Positions 8,351-18,613 of a stretch of DNA of 64,000 bases are shown here, piece by piece. The notes beneath the pieces are model-generated. The model was given only the letters and a program-made list of their open reading frames with translations. It was not told the origin of the DNA and did no database searches. Positions within the stretch are counted from its first letter, which is position 1. Each line of letters begins with the position of its first letter. Origin of the DNA: Desulfobacteraceae bacterium (lineage in GTDB: Bacteria; Desulfobacterota; Desulfobacteria; Desulfobacterales; SURF-7); assembly GCA_003599865.1 (NCBI GenBank), contig QZKS01000020.1:134420-198419 (forward strand), read 5' to 3'. The position numbers and the translations under genes were made by a program.

Positions 8351-9784
8351 TCAAAAATACGGCTGAAGTCCGGCAGGAATAAACTCAAACGGGAAAAACG
8401 GCATATGGATAAGGGATTCGCCCCTCCCTGCTTCCGGCTCCCGGCAAATGACGCCTTTTTCGAAAGCCATTCGCTGTTCACGATTCAGACGCAGGTTGCC
8501 GGCATGGGTCCGCCTTTCGATCACGATTTTTTTTGCCGGATTGACGCGCACCTCCTTAAAGGCATGATGGTAGGAAACGCAGGGACTTAAAACCGCCTCG
8601 GCATATCCGAGCTGCAAATCACCCCCGGAAAAATCAATCAGAGGCCAGAGCTGTTCATGGAAATACAGGCAGGTCTTGTTTCCGGTTAAGCTCCACCTGC
8701 GGGAATCCACTCCTTGAGCCGCCAGTTGACCGGCCTTTTGCTGCATAACCGAAGCATCACCGACCATTGCCATGGTGCGGATAAAACCATTTTCGGTAAT
8801 GGTCTCATAGTCTTTCCGGATAAAACACGCATTGCGCTTCCGGGCAGCAGCCCCCTGAAACCGATGCTTGTAAACATAGGAACAATAGTTGATGGGAAGT
8901 TTCACTCCCCATGCAATGGCAATCTCCATCAATTTCAACACCATCAGTTCGGATTCCAGCACCGTAACCTTGTCGCCGTGAAGAAAGGTGTAATTGCGGC
9001 CTGTCAGGTTTTCCGCATTATGAGGCGTCAGACGAAGCTGATGCAGGTTCAGGTGATTGACGCCCGTATTATGCAGGACGGAAAGCAGATTCGAGACGGT
9101 TTCCATGTCCTCGGGAATGGCCGGAATTTCAACCGTCACAACAGGAATGTGCCCCACAGCCATTTGCAGTCTCTCAAGCGAATAATCCTTTGCGCTGATA
9201 TCAAACCGGATTTCATTAAGACCTTCGTCCTTCAACTGCCGTACAATCTCCCGGGTCAGGAGGGTGCCGTTGGTATACATCCAGAGATGCAGATCATCCC
9301 CCATTCTGCGACGAACGGCTTTCAGGTATTTCAGGGTCCGGTCAAGGGTCAAAAGGGGCTCTCCGCCGCTGATGCTGACACCCCTGAAATCAAAATAATG
9401 CACATAGTCGGCATAATCCAAAGGTTTGTCAAAGGGGATGCGGTTGGTGGTAGGGACACTGATCTCATCCTGAGCTGTCGGACAATAAAAACATCGGCAG
9501 TTGCACTTGCCGTTGATAAACAGGCAGGACCATCCTCCCTCACCGCAGATGACGCATCCGGGAGATAACGGCCCCAGCCTCGGCTTGGTCTGGTGAAAGG
9601 CCATTTCAACGGCATGGGAGATAGCCGCAAGACAGCGTATGCGATCTTCTTCGGCCTGCAAAACCTGCGGCTCGCTTATCCAGCACAACTCTCCGGATTG
9701 TGATTCATATTCGGCCAGATTGGCGGCAATCAGCTTGAGACGCCGGTCTTCCGGCATGGTTTTGTATAATGAAAATTCGTTCAT
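8351..9784 (-). CDS. Radical SAM protein (activase/COG2108-like), function unknown
   Basis: Canonical CX3CX2C motif in FINGKCNCRCFYCP, followed by the GGEPLL SAM-binding motif. Its start overlaps the upstream glycosyltransferase stop by 4 nt. Confidence 0.75.
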   Translation of the reverse strand: MNEFSLYKTMPEDRRLKLIAANLAEYESQSGELCWISEPQVLQAEEDRIRCLAAISHAVEMAFHQTKPRLGPLSPGCVICGEGGWSCLFINGKCNCRCFYCPTAQDEISVPTTNRIPFDKPLDYADYVHYFDFRGVSISGGEPLLTLDRTLKYLKAVRRRMGDDLHLWMYTNGTLLTREIVRQLKDEGLNEIRFDISAKDYSLERLQMAVGHIPVVTVEIPAIPEDMETVSNLLSVLHNTGVNHLNLHQLRLTPHNAENLTGRNYTFLHGDKVTVLESELMVLKLMEIAIAWGVKLPINYCSYVYKHRFQGAAARKRNACFIRKDYETITENGFIRTMAMVGDASVMQQKAGQLAAQGVDSRRWSLTGNKTCLYFHEQLWPLIDFSGGDLQLGYAEAVLSPCVSYHHAFKEVRVNPAKKIVIERRTHAGNLRLNREQRMAFEKGVICREPEAGRGESLIHMPFFPFEFIPAGLQPYF

Positions 9785-10695
9785 GGTTTCCTGTTCTTCT
9801 TTCCAGCGTATCCGGGCCGAGTTGCCCGACCGTCCGGAACAGCCTTGTTTTTTCCAAAAGAGCGCAGCCTGCCGATAATCCTCGCCAGATGTCTTCCATG
9901 GGTATAATGCGGTGTTTTTAATGTTTTCAGGGCCTTCCTGTACGCCGGATGGCCATGGTCATGCAGGACATTGCCGTTCATCTGGCAGGACTTTCCCCTG
10001 GACGAACAGACAACCTGTGTGAATGGCAATATCCCATCCAGCGATCCGTCCGCCAGGCATTCCTCGGCAGCCGCCTGCAAAATGGGAGGTCCGGCCAATC
10101 CCATCACATGATCGCTGACCTTAATAAGGGGGGCGTTCCGGATCTCTATCTTCCGGTCCCTGCTTTCAAAACCCCGATATTCGCAATATGTTCTGTTGTT
10201 TTCAATATTTTGGATCGATTTTTCAGCAGCCCTCAGGAATATGGGATTTTTCGGCACACTGATGATCAGCCACTGGCAGATGTCATGGTTGACACCCAAC
10301 TGGGTCACATATTCGGAATCCGGATTGATCCATGTGCGGAGAGGAAACAGGCATCTGCAATCCAGATCCGCATACACCCCTCCGAATTGATAGATTACCA
10401 GATACCTCCACAGATCCGCCCGGGATGCGCCGTATCTGATCTTTTGATATCCTTTCAGAAATTGCGGAAAATCACTCCGGATAAAATTGACAACCGCGTC
10501 ATCATCATAAAACCGGTATTCATATTCCGGATTGTTTTCCATCCACGAATCGGAAAAATCTTTCATAATGGAAGGAACATGATTGGACTTCATGGTCTGC
10601 CGGATGACCTTCGGAATTTTCTGAAAATAATCCGGTTTTCCGGATGCCGGAACATGGCCGGGTATCATGGAATATTCGGACAAATTAAAAACCAT
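9781..10695 (-). CDS. DXD-motif glycosyltransferase (Gly_transf_sug / OCH1-like)
   Basis: RADLWRYLVIYQFGGVYADLDCRC is typical of the sugar-binding DXD family. It is translationally coupled to the downstream radical SAM gene. The basic, low-complexity C-terminal tail is unusual. Confidence 0.65.
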   Translation of the reverse strand: MVFNLSEYSMIPGHVPASGKPDYFQKIPKVIRQTMKSNHVPSIMKDFSDSWMENNPEYEYRFYDDDAVVNFIRSDFPQFLKGYQKIRYGASRADLWRYLVIYQFGGVYADLDCRCLFPLRTWINPDSEYVTQLGVNHDICQWLIISVPKNPIFLRAAEKSIQNIENNRTYCEYRGFESRDRKIEIRNAPLIKVSDHVMGLAGPPILQAAAEECLADGSLDGILPFTQVVCSSRGKSCQMNGNVLHDHGHPAYRKALKTLKTPHYTHGRHLARIIGRLRSFGKNKAVPDGRATRPGYAGKKNRKP

Positions 10696-10930
10696 TCACA
10701 ATTTCCTCATGTTCATATATTGCATGCGACAATATCTATTACCAGCCATAGCGATTTGTGGAAATACAATTTACCGGTTTATGAAAAAAAAAATTCACTG
10801 ACGGAAACATATGAATGCCATAACCGTTTTGCTGCGCGTGGAACCATAGCGCGAAACCGGTGAATGACAATCCGCATCCGTGATCCGCCTTTCGTTGACA
10901 AGAAAACGAAAACATGATTGAAGAAATGGA

Positions 10931-12229
10931 ATGAAAGTCGTCACCACTCACCGCAATACCGATCTGGACGGGCTGGCCTCGGTGGTCGCCGGAACCTTGC
11001 TGTATCCGGACACGGTGCCGGTGCTTTCCAAACAGATCAATCCCAATGTAAACTTTTTTCTGACCGCGCACAAGCGCATGCTGGATATCAAAACAGCCGA
11101 TGAAATCGACCTGGACGACGTTACGGAACTCATTGTGGTGGACACCAATCAGTGGAAACGGCTGGATGGATTAGGAAAGCTGCAGGAAAAACCGGATCTT
11201 GTGATCCATCTCTGGGATCACCATTCCGCCATCGGCAACATCAATGCCTCCCGGAAACGGCAGGAGGTCCTGGGAGCCAATATCACCGCCATGACGGAAG
11301 AGATCAAAAGCAGAAACATCAAGATTTCACCCATGATTGCCACCCTGTTTCTGGCCGGTATCTATGAAGACACCGGGAATCTGGCCTTCAGCTCGACAAC
11401 CCCCCGGGATGTCTATGCCGCAGGTTATCTTCTGGAATGCAAGGCCGACCTTGATATTGTTTCCTCCCTGATGGGTTCCGCAATATTCAACCGGAATCAG
11501 AAAAAAATTCTGTTTGAGATGCTGCAGAATGTAAAAACCGTCAATATTAACGGTTATTCGATCAGTATCAACATTCAGCCCATTGAAGGCCATGTGGATA
11601 CCCTGGCCCAGGTAGTCCAGAAATACACGGAAACCATCGGGGTCGATGCGGCTTTCGGGATCTTTCCCCAAAAAGAGGAACGCTGCATTGTTATCGGCCG
11701 AAGCAAAAGAGACGGGCCGAACATGGCGGTCATCATGGGTCATCTGGGGGGCGGCGGCCATCCATCCGCCGGATCGGCCCTGCTCAAATCCGTTCCGCCC
11801 CACAGCATTGAAAAGCTGATCCTGGATCTGATTGAAAATCACAATCAGTCATCCATACGGATCTCCGACCTGATGTCCTTCCCGGTACTGGCCGTATCTC
11901 CGGAGCTGAAAATGAAAACGCTCCGCAAACTGCTCCGGGAAAACAACTTCAAAGGCGCACCGGTGATCGATGACGGCAAACTGGTGGGCATGATCACCCG
12001 GACCCATTTTAAAAAGCTCAAACGGGAAGATCAGTGGGAAGCCCCGGTCAAGGCATTCATGGCCAGAGATATCGTCACCATCGAGCCGGGCATGAGCCCG
12101 ATGCAGGCGGTGCGGAAGATTATCACCAAAAAAGTCGGGCATCTGCCGGTCATTGAAAACGGTCATGTAATCGGAATGGTCACCCGTTCGGATCTGATGG
12201 TATACTTCTATGACCAGCTGCCCAAATGA
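10931..12229 (+). CDS. DHH-family phosphoesterase fused to a CBS domain pair
   Basis: N-terminal HRNTDLDGLAS (DHH motif I), GGGGHPSAG (DHHA1), and two C-terminal CBS repeats (ISDLMSFPV..., VKAFMARDIVTI...). Confidence 0.8.
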   Translation: MKVVTTHRNTDLDGLASVVAGTLLYPDTVPVLSKQINPNVNFFLTAHKRMLDIKTADEIDLDDVTELIVVDTNQWKRLDGLGKLQEKPDLVIHLWDHHSAIGNINASRKRQEVLGANITAMTEEIKSRNIKISPMIATLFLAGIYEDTGNLAFSSTTPRDVYAAGYLLECKADLDIVSSLMGSAIFNRNQKKILFEMLQNVKTVNINGYSISINIQPIEGHVDTLAQVVQKYTETIGVDAAFGIFPQKEERCIVIGRSKRDGPNMAVIMGHLGGGGHPSAGSALLKSVPPHSIEKLILDLIENHNQSSIRISDLMSFPVLAVSPELKMKTLRKLLRENNFKGAPVIDDGKLVGMITRTHFKKLKREDQWEAPVKAFMARDIVTIEPGMSPMQAVRKIITKKVGHLPVIENGHVIGMVTRSDLMVYFYDQLPK

Positions 12230-12268
12230 TATTGTATATACGGGAAACAGCCGTAAAGGAGAATCAGC

Positions 12269-12931
12269 ATGTTAAAAGATGGAGAAAAGGGTGTCATTCT
12301 TCAGCGGGACAAACAGACCTATGCAATCGCACCCCATGTACCCTGCGGTGTCATCACGCCGGACCTGCTCCGGAAAATTGCCGATGCTGCTGAAAAATAT
12401 AACATTCAGGCCCTGAAAATCACCAGTGCCGCCAGAATTGCCATGATCGGCATCCAAGAGGAAGATGTGGATTCCATATGGCAGGATCTTGGCATGACAC
12501 CCGGTCATGCTGTCGGCCTGTGCATCCGCAGCATCAAGTGCTGTCCGGGAAATCAGTTCTGCCGCCTGGGCCAGCAGGACAGCCTGGCCATGGGAATGCA
12601 ACTGGATGAAATCTATCATGGCCTTGAACTGCCCAGCAAAACAAAAATGGGCGTAAGCGGCTGTCCGAACCAGTGCGCCGAGACATGGATCAAGGATATC
12701 GGGCTGGTGGGGAAAAAAAACGGCTGGGCCCTGATGGTGGGCGGCGCAGGTGCGAGCAAGCCAAGGCTGGCGGAAGTTCTTCTCGAAGATCTCCGTACTG
12801 AAGATGCCATCGCCGCTATCCGGAAGGTCGTGGCATTCTATCAGGAGAACGGTAAAAAACTGGAGCGGATCGGCAAGATGATTGATCGAATCGGATTGGA
12901 AGCACTGCGGACGGCTGTTCAGACGCCCTGA
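12269..12931 (+). CDS. Small nitrite/sulfite reductase-type siroheme/4Fe-4S protein (low-molecular-weight assimilatory-type SiR-like)
   Basis: 220 aa with Cys clusters CCPGNQFC and GCPNQC, the C-x5-C...C-x3-C pattern of NirA/SiR hemoprotein domains. The start follows AAAGGAG. Confidence 0.65.
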   Translation: MLKDGEKGVILQRDKQTYAIAPHVPCGVITPDLLRKIADAAEKYNIQALKITSAARIAMIGIQEEDVDSIWQDLGMTPGHAVGLCIRSIKCCPGNQFCRLGQQDSLAMGMQLDEIYHGLELPSKTKMGVSGCPNQCAETWIKDIGLVGKKNGWALMVGGAGASKPRLAEVLLEDLRTEDAIAAIRKVVAFYQENGKKLERIGKMIDRIGLEALRTAVQTP

Positions 12932-12946
12932 AAAGTCCCGGCTCCG

Positions 12947-14536
12947 TCATCCCATATACGTTGCAATGGTTTCCCGAAGTTTGTCACCGGTAAACGGCTT
13001 GTTTAAAAAACCATTCACACCGGCCTCTTTTGCCAGGTCGACCTGCGACATTTCCGATTCCGTGGAAATCATGACGATGGGTGTATTCCGGGTTCCGGAA
13101 TGTTTTCTGGTCCGACGCGTAAACTCAATCCCGTCCATGACCGGCATGTTCATATCCGTCAGGATCAGATCAAAAGATTCTCCCCTGCTGATCAGATCCA
13201 TCGCGGCCTTTCCGTTTTCCACGGTTACCACGGTAAGTCCGAGTCCGGAAAGCGTTGTCCGGAAAAACGCAAGCATTGCCTTGGAATCATCGGCAACCAG
13301 TACCCGTTTCCCGCCTTTGGATAGGGTTATTTCCGACAAGGCTGCGGCATCTTTTCGGGCCGCAGCCGAATCCATCATGGCAAGCTTTTCCCGGAATGCA
13401 TCAATCGTGTCCTGGTCCTGAGAAGCTGCAATGGTCTCCATGAGAAGCGTTGCAAGATCATTCTCCGGATATAGGGTTTTAAAAATATTCATGGCCTTGG
13501 CGGTTACGATTGCCTGCACCAGCCGCCCGCTCTGTTGATCGTTCTTTCGAATGCATTCCATCAGCTTTTTGACCACACCGGGATTCAGGTGGGAATCCAG
13601 AGAGGTCATCACCGCGGTGAGCAGAAGCGGGTCCTGTTCGGAAAGCCCGTCCATCAGGAAAACCGTCCCCTTGATAAACTGCATGTTTCCCAGTGCCTCA
13701 TACACGGCATATTTGATGTTCAGATCCCGGATATTCCCCTTATCCATGGCAGATATGAGAATCTCACCGCCTTTTTTATCGCCGATCAATCCCAGGACAT
13801 TGGCTGCCATGATTTTTTGATCCGTATCCTCCCCTTCCAATATGGCGGCAAAATACGGAACAGCCTCATTTCCTTTCCGGACCAACGCCTGGTGCACCAA
13901 TAAACGCCCGGTGGGATTTCGATAATGGATTTTGGAAACCAGAAACGATAACGCCTTTTTCGATGAAATCCGCCCCAGTGCTTCCATCGCGGCACCGGTA
14001 ACCAGATCACATACCTTATAATTCTCATCCGTCTCGCCGTTCTCAACAATCCGACAAAGCCGGTCAAGAGAAGCTTCATCCTGATGCTTTCCGATCATAT
14101 CAATGGCGACTGCGGCAAGATCCTCTTGCGGATGACTCATCATCTTTCGAAATATCTCCAGAAAATCCTTGGATTCCGATTTTGCGGCAGCCATCAGCAG
14201 CTCACGAAACATGGTGCTGTCTTGCTGGGTCTTCAGGAGATCCAGCAGAACCGGAGTCGCTGACGCAAAGCTCTGCCGGCCGCAGATCTGAAGACAAAGC
14301 TTTTGGATTTCCGGATTTTCATGGGTCAACCTGGAAACAGTCGCCTGTTCATTTTGAATCAGCAATTCACGAAGCGTCATGCCGACCATATAATCAATGG
14401 CATCATCCCCAAGCGGATGCGTATACAGTTCCAATAATGCGGAAATACAATCATCATTGTTTGTCTTCTTCATCGTTTCCAGCATCCGGAGCTGTTCCGG
14501 CATGTCCATCTGTTTAAACGTTTCCACTGTAATCAT
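12947..14536 (-). CDS. Response regulator: N-terminal HEAT/armadillo-like repeats plus a C-terminal CheY receiver
   Basis: C-terminal VLVADDSKAML...LILTDMNMPVMDG...FLNKPF is a canonical receiver. The ~400 aa N-terminal region is repetitive and helical (HEAT-like). No DNA-binding or AAA+ domain is present. Confidence 0.75.
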   Translation of the reverse strand: MITVETFKQMDMPEQLRMLETMKKTNNDDCISALLELYTHPLGDDAIDYMVGMTLRELLIQNEQATVSRLTHENPEIQKLCLQICGRQSFASATPVLLDLLKTQQDSTMFRELLMAAAKSESKDFLEIFRKMMSHPQEDLAAVAIDMIGKHQDEASLDRLCRIVENGETDENYKVCDLVTGAAMEALGRISSKKALSFLVSKIHYRNPTGRLLVHQALVRKGNEAVPYFAAILEGEDTDQKIMAANVLGLIGDKKGGEILISAMDKGNIRDLNIKYAVYEALGNMQFIKGTVFLMDGLSEQDPLLLTAVMTSLDSHLNPGVVKKLMECIRKNDQQSGRLVQAIVTAKAMNIFKTLYPENDLATLLMETIAASQDQDTIDAFREKLAMMDSAAARKDAAALSEITLSKGGKRVLVADDSKAMLAFFRTTLSGLGLTVVTVENGKAAMDLISRGESFDLILTDMNMPVMDGIEFTRRTRKHSGTRNTPIVMISTESEMSQVDLAKEAGVNGFLNKPFTGDKLRETIATYMG

Positions 14537-14883
14537 AATCCACCATTTCCGTTTTTGTTATCATTGAAAAAAAGCATCCGCCATGAATCAAAAAAAATGC
14601 CTTGCCGAATCGGGCCTGCGCTATTTCATGTGGTCAATAGCCGGTATCGACTGTAATCTGATGTGGACAGTGTAATGACTGTTTGGATTGGATAATAGTA
14701 CCTTCGGGACAAAACGAAATTATATCTGTTTATACCATAAGTTCCGGCATAAAAAAATAGCAAAAATATGGAATTCGAATACAAAAGAACCTTGACAGGT
14801 TTCAACAGCTTTGACATCGTCCGGAAAGACAGGATTCGATCTTTTCACAACCCACACATGTCATTTGTAAACAGGAGCTTCCA

Positions 14884-15762
14884 ATGATGATTATTGACAG
14901 CCATTGCCATCTTGACCATGAGAATTCTCCGGACAAAATGATACAGGCCATGGATGCCGGGGGGGTTGATCAAATTGTGCTTTTTGCCGCTGCCTGCGAA
15001 AACCTGCCGTCTGTTCCCAAAAGCCTGCTCTGGTTCGGCAGAACAGTCCTCCGGAGCCCGTTTCGGAATATAGCGGTTTCCATCTATGAAGACGCGGTCA
15101 TGTCCCGTCCCGGAAAGATCAAAGTGAGCGGCCAATTTCATCAGATCCATGCCCGCCCGGACAACAAACCGGTTAGCGAAGCCATGAAACAATACCCGGA
15201 CCGGTTTATCGGTTTTGTGTTCCTGAATCCAAAAGACAATCCCGATGTCATGGCGCAACTGGAGCAGGGAGTCCGGGAATACAACATGCGCGGTGTAAAG
15301 GTCCATCCCTGGTTTCACAATTATGATCCGGGCGCCCTGCTTCAGGATGTTGCGGCAAGATGCCGGGAATTGAAACTGCCTATATTGATGCATCTGGGAA
15401 GCCGTCCGGAAACTTCCAATATTCAGAATCTGGTCACCCGATTCCCCAAACTCAACTTCATCCTGGCGCACCTGGGGATCCCCTGGTTTCAGAAAACATG
15501 GGCTATGGCCCGGGATCTTCCCAATATATATCTCGATATTTCAGGCCCTTATCTTTCTAAAAACATCGTGGCAAAGGCTGTAAAAGAGATCGGTCCGGAC
15601 AAGCTGCTCTATGGCACCGATGCGCCCTACGGCCTGCGGACAACCCGCCCCGGCGAACTGAGCTATGCGGACAGCCGGTCATGGGTGGACAGTCTCCCCC
15701 TATCCGAGGAAAAAAAGGAGAAGATCTTTTCCGGAAATATCCTGTCGCTGATCCGGTCCTGA
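14884..15762 (+). CDS. Amidohydrolase-family metal-dependent hydrolase (TIM barrel, PF04909-like)
   Basis: MMIIDSHCHLDHE metal-binding start, then HPWF and LAHLG motifs. AGGAG lies 7 nt upstream. Confidence 0.7.
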   Translation: MMIIDSHCHLDHENSPDKMIQAMDAGGVDQIVLFAAACENLPSVPKSLLWFGRTVLRSPFRNIAVSIYEDAVMSRPGKIKVSGQFHQIHARPDNKPVSEAMKQYPDRFIGFVFLNPKDNPDVMAQLEQGVREYNMRGVKVHPWFHNYDPGALLQDVAARCRELKLPILMHLGSRPETSNIQNLVTRFPKLNFILAHLGIPWFQKTWAMARDLPNIYLDISGPYLSKNIVAKAVKEIGPDKLLYGTDAPYGLRTTRPGELSYADSRSWVDSLPLSEEKKEKIFSGNILSLIRS

Positions 15763-15767
15763 CAAAA

Positions 15768-16745
15768 TCAAGACCCGTTCCGGGAAAATTTCCGGGGCCA
15801 CAGTTGGGAGATCAGCATGCCGGAAAGCATCAGGGAGCATCCCATCAGGCCGCGAAAACTAAAGACTTCATTCAATATGATCCAGCCGCCGATGGCGGCA
15901 AAAACAGCTTCCAGGCTGAGCAGAATGGAGGCATGCGCAGGATGGGCATCCTTCTGGGCAACGACCTGAAGGGTATAGGCAACACCCACGGACATCAAGC
16001 CCCCATACAATATGGGGACCATTGCTTTCAGGATATTGTCCGGTACCATGGTTTCAAAAACAACCGCCGTGAAAAGGCTCAAAACAGAACAGACCGCAAA
16101 TTGAAACGCGGCCAGTTGAATCGAATCGGTCTTAGGGGAGAGCCACCCGATGATCAGCACATGGGATGCCCAAAGGAAGGCACTGATCAAAACCAGAAAA
16201 TCCCCTTTTCCCATGGTAAGATCCTGGGTTACGCTTAAAAAGTAAAGCCCGACAGCCGCGAGAATTGCACCGGCCCAGTTTCCGGCCCCTGCCCGCTGCT
16301 TCCAGAAAAGCCCCATCACCGGAACGATGACAACGTAAAGGCCGGTAATAAAACCGGCATTTCCCGCAGTTGTATATACAAGACCGACCTGCTGGAGAGA
16401 TGAGCCTGCAAACAGAAAAACCCCCGCCAGCATGCTTCCGAAAAAAAATTTCCGGGCCGCCCCGGTACTTTTCCGTTTCTTGGCAAATGCCTCCTGTCTT
16501 TTCCGGTATACAATAAACGGTAAGAGGGAAAGCCCGCCAAGAGCAAACCGGATGCCATTGAATGTGAACGGACCAACATGATCCATGCCCACCCGCTGGG
16601 CCACAAATGCAAACCCCCAGATAACCGCCGTCAAAAGAAGAAGACCATCTGATTTTAGCACGTTCCGATTCATTCGTATCCGCTCTCTTTTCTCCAATCC
16701 GTTTTCAGCAAACTGGGACATAACCGATTGACCTGCAGGAATCAA
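15768..16745 (-). CDS. DMT-superfamily (EamA-like) transporter
   Basis: About ten predicted TM helices in a duplicated EamA-like arrangement. The true start may be an internal Met (16721 or 16673). Confidence 0.75.
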   Translation of the reverse strand: MIPAGQSVMSQFAENGLEKRERIRMNRNVLKSDGLLLLTAVIWGFAFVAQRVGMDHVGPFTFNGIRFALGGLSLLPFIVYRKRQEAFAKKRKSTGAARKFFFGSMLAGVFLFAGSSLQQVGLVYTTAGNAGFITGLYVVIVPVMGLFWKQRAGAGNWAGAILAAVGLYFLSVTQDLTMGKGDFLVLISAFLWASHVLIIGWLSPKTDSIQLAAFQFAVCSVLSLFTAVVFETMVPDNILKAMVPILYGGLMSVGVAYTLQVVAQKDAHPAHASILLSLEAVFAAIGGWIILNEVFSFRGLMGCSLMLSGMLISQLWPRKFSRNGS

Positions 16746-16805
16746 GAAAACTTATCCATATATCATTTGAACGATATGGGAAAATGGGATATGGAAATTT
16801 CTTAT

Positions 16806-18509
16806 ATGATGAAAACACTACTGATCTATCCCTATTTTATTGAACAGCGTGTCCATGATGAGGATGTGGGAACAATTCCCATGGGTCTGTATTATATCGG
16901 GGCCATGCTCAGGGAGAACGGATACCCTGTCGAAATTCTGAATTTCTGCCATTACACAAAATCCTCCCCGGAAATCCCGGAAATCCTGAAGCGGGAAAAT
17001 CCGGATATCATCGGCTTTTCCATCGTAAACGGGAACCGGTGGGGCGCCATTGAAACGGCTGCCATCGCCGGACAATTGAACCCTTCCGTAAAAATTGTCT
17101 TCGGCGGCGCAGGCGCGACATTTTTATGGCAGCACCTAATGACGCACTTTCCGGCTATCGATTATGTGGTGATCGGAGAGGGTGAGTACACCTTTCTCCA
17201 TCTCCTGTCCTGCATCCGGGATCAAAAGCCGGATCACATTCCCCGGATACCGGGCCTTGTCTTCCGTGACGGGGATACGGTTCGATTCACAGGCAGGGCC
17301 CCGTTTATCCAGGATCTGGACGCCCTGCCCCTTCCGGCAAAGTACTTTGCCTATCAGCATCTTTCCCTGTCCAGGGGATGCCCGGGCAACTGTTCGTTCT
17401 GCGGTTCCCCCGGAATCTGGGAGAGAAAGGTCCGGTTTCACTCCGCCGCCTATTTCGTGGATCAGATCGAACTTCTTGTCCAAAAGGGAATCACCTTTTT
17501 TTATGTCTCGGATGATACCTTTACTTTGGACAAAAAACGGGTGATGGAAATCTGCCGCTTGATCCTGGAAAGAAACCTGGTCATCTCATGGGCGGCGATC
17601 TCCCATGTCCATTATGTGGATGCGGAAATGCTCTATTGGATGCGCCTTGCCGGATGCAGCCGGATCAGCTATGGGGTGGAAAGCGGTTCGGAAAAAATCA
17701 GAAATCGCCTGAACAAGAATATCCGGACAGCGCAAATTGAAAAAGCCTTTCATGAAACCCTTTCCTTCGGCATTCTGGCAAGGGCGTATATCATCTATGG
17801 CTGTCCGGGAGAAACCTGGGAAACGATTCAGGAAACCATTGACCTGATGAACCGGATCAAACCGCTGAGCGTCATTTTTTATATCCTTGCTCTGTTTCCC
17901 GGAACAGCGCTGTATTCCGAATTTCAAAAAAAATTTCACGTCCATGACGACATCTGGCTCAATTATCAGGAAGACATCCTCTATTTTGAGAATGACCCCC
18001 AACTGACCCGGGATCTGATTCTTGCGTTCGGACAAAAACTGAGAACGGAATTTCACGCAGGCCTCCATCGATATGCCGAAGCACTTGAACTCGTTGACCG
18101 GAAAGAACTATACGAAAAACATGCCGACTTTTATTCCCGACTGGGCATGACCTTCAGCCATGGAGATTATTCCAGGATCGAAGCTGTCGCAGACAAACAG
18201 GATATCGCTGAAAAAATGTTTAAAAGGGCATTGCGATATGCGCCCAATCATCATGCCCATCTGGGACTTGGTATTGTGCAGCAGCAGAAACATGAGATCC
18301 TGCAATCCATCAAAACGCTGGAAGAAGGGCTTGTCCGGTATCCGGGAAGCGAGCCGCTGTGTACCTGTTTAGGAATCTCTTATATGAATGACGGCCAGTA
18401 TGAAAAAGCACTTTCCCTTTTTTTGAAATTCCCGGAATCGGAACAGGCAAAACAATGTGCATCCGAATGTTTCCAGGCTCTGGGAAAACCGAATCCGGCC
18501 GGTGAATAA
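16806..18509 (+). CDS. B12-binding-domain radical SAM protein with a C-terminal TPR region
   Basis: The MMKTLLIYPYF start region is B12-domain-like. It has the canonical SRGCPGNCSFCGS motif. The C-terminal ~120 aa are TPR-like. The longest ORF starts at 16728. Confidence 0.75.
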   Translation: MMKTLLIYPYFIEQRVHDEDVGTIPMGLYYIGAMLRENGYPVEILNFCHYTKSSPEIPEILKRENPDIIGFSIVNGNRWGAIETAAIAGQLNPSVKIVFGGAGATFLWQHLMTHFPAIDYVVIGEGEYTFLHLLSCIRDQKPDHIPRIPGLVFRDGDTVRFTGRAPFIQDLDALPLPAKYFAYQHLSLSRGCPGNCSFCGSPGIWERKVRFHSAAYFVDQIELLVQKGITFFYVSDDTFTLDKKRVMEICRLILERNLVISWAAISHVHYVDAEMLYWMRLAGCSRISYGVESGSEKIRNRLNKNIRTAQIEKAFHETLSFGILARAYIIYGCPGETWETIQETIDLMNRIKPLSVIFYILALFPGTALYSEFQKKFHVHDDIWLNYQEDILYFENDPQLTRDLILAFGQKLRTEFHAGLHRYAEALELVDRKELYEKHADFYSRLGMTFSHGDYSRIEAVADKQDIAEKMFKRALRYAPNHHAHLGLGIVQQQKHEILQSIKTLEEGLVRYPGSEPLCTCLGISYMNDGQYEKALSLFLKFPESEQAKQCASECFQALGKPNPAGE

Positions 18510-18613
18510 AAAAACGATTCTCAAATTGACCCGATCAATGTTTTATGGGAAGATCATCCATACGCGGTGTCCTGAAATCGTCAAAAAATAACATACGGAA
18601 GATTCCGTCAAAA

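Noticed and set aside
10839-10852. Sigma54-like TGGAACCATAGCGC upstream of the DHH-CBS gene
   Set aside because: The GC element is one nucleotide too close to the GG element, and the -12 region lacks TTGC.
14626-14817. 63-aa ORF in the 347-bp gap between the HEAT response regulator and the amidohydrolase
   Set aside because: It is an AT-rich chance frame with no RBS. The region more likely holds divergent promoters; two TTGACA hexamers occur at about 14792-14820, but neither has a convincing -10.
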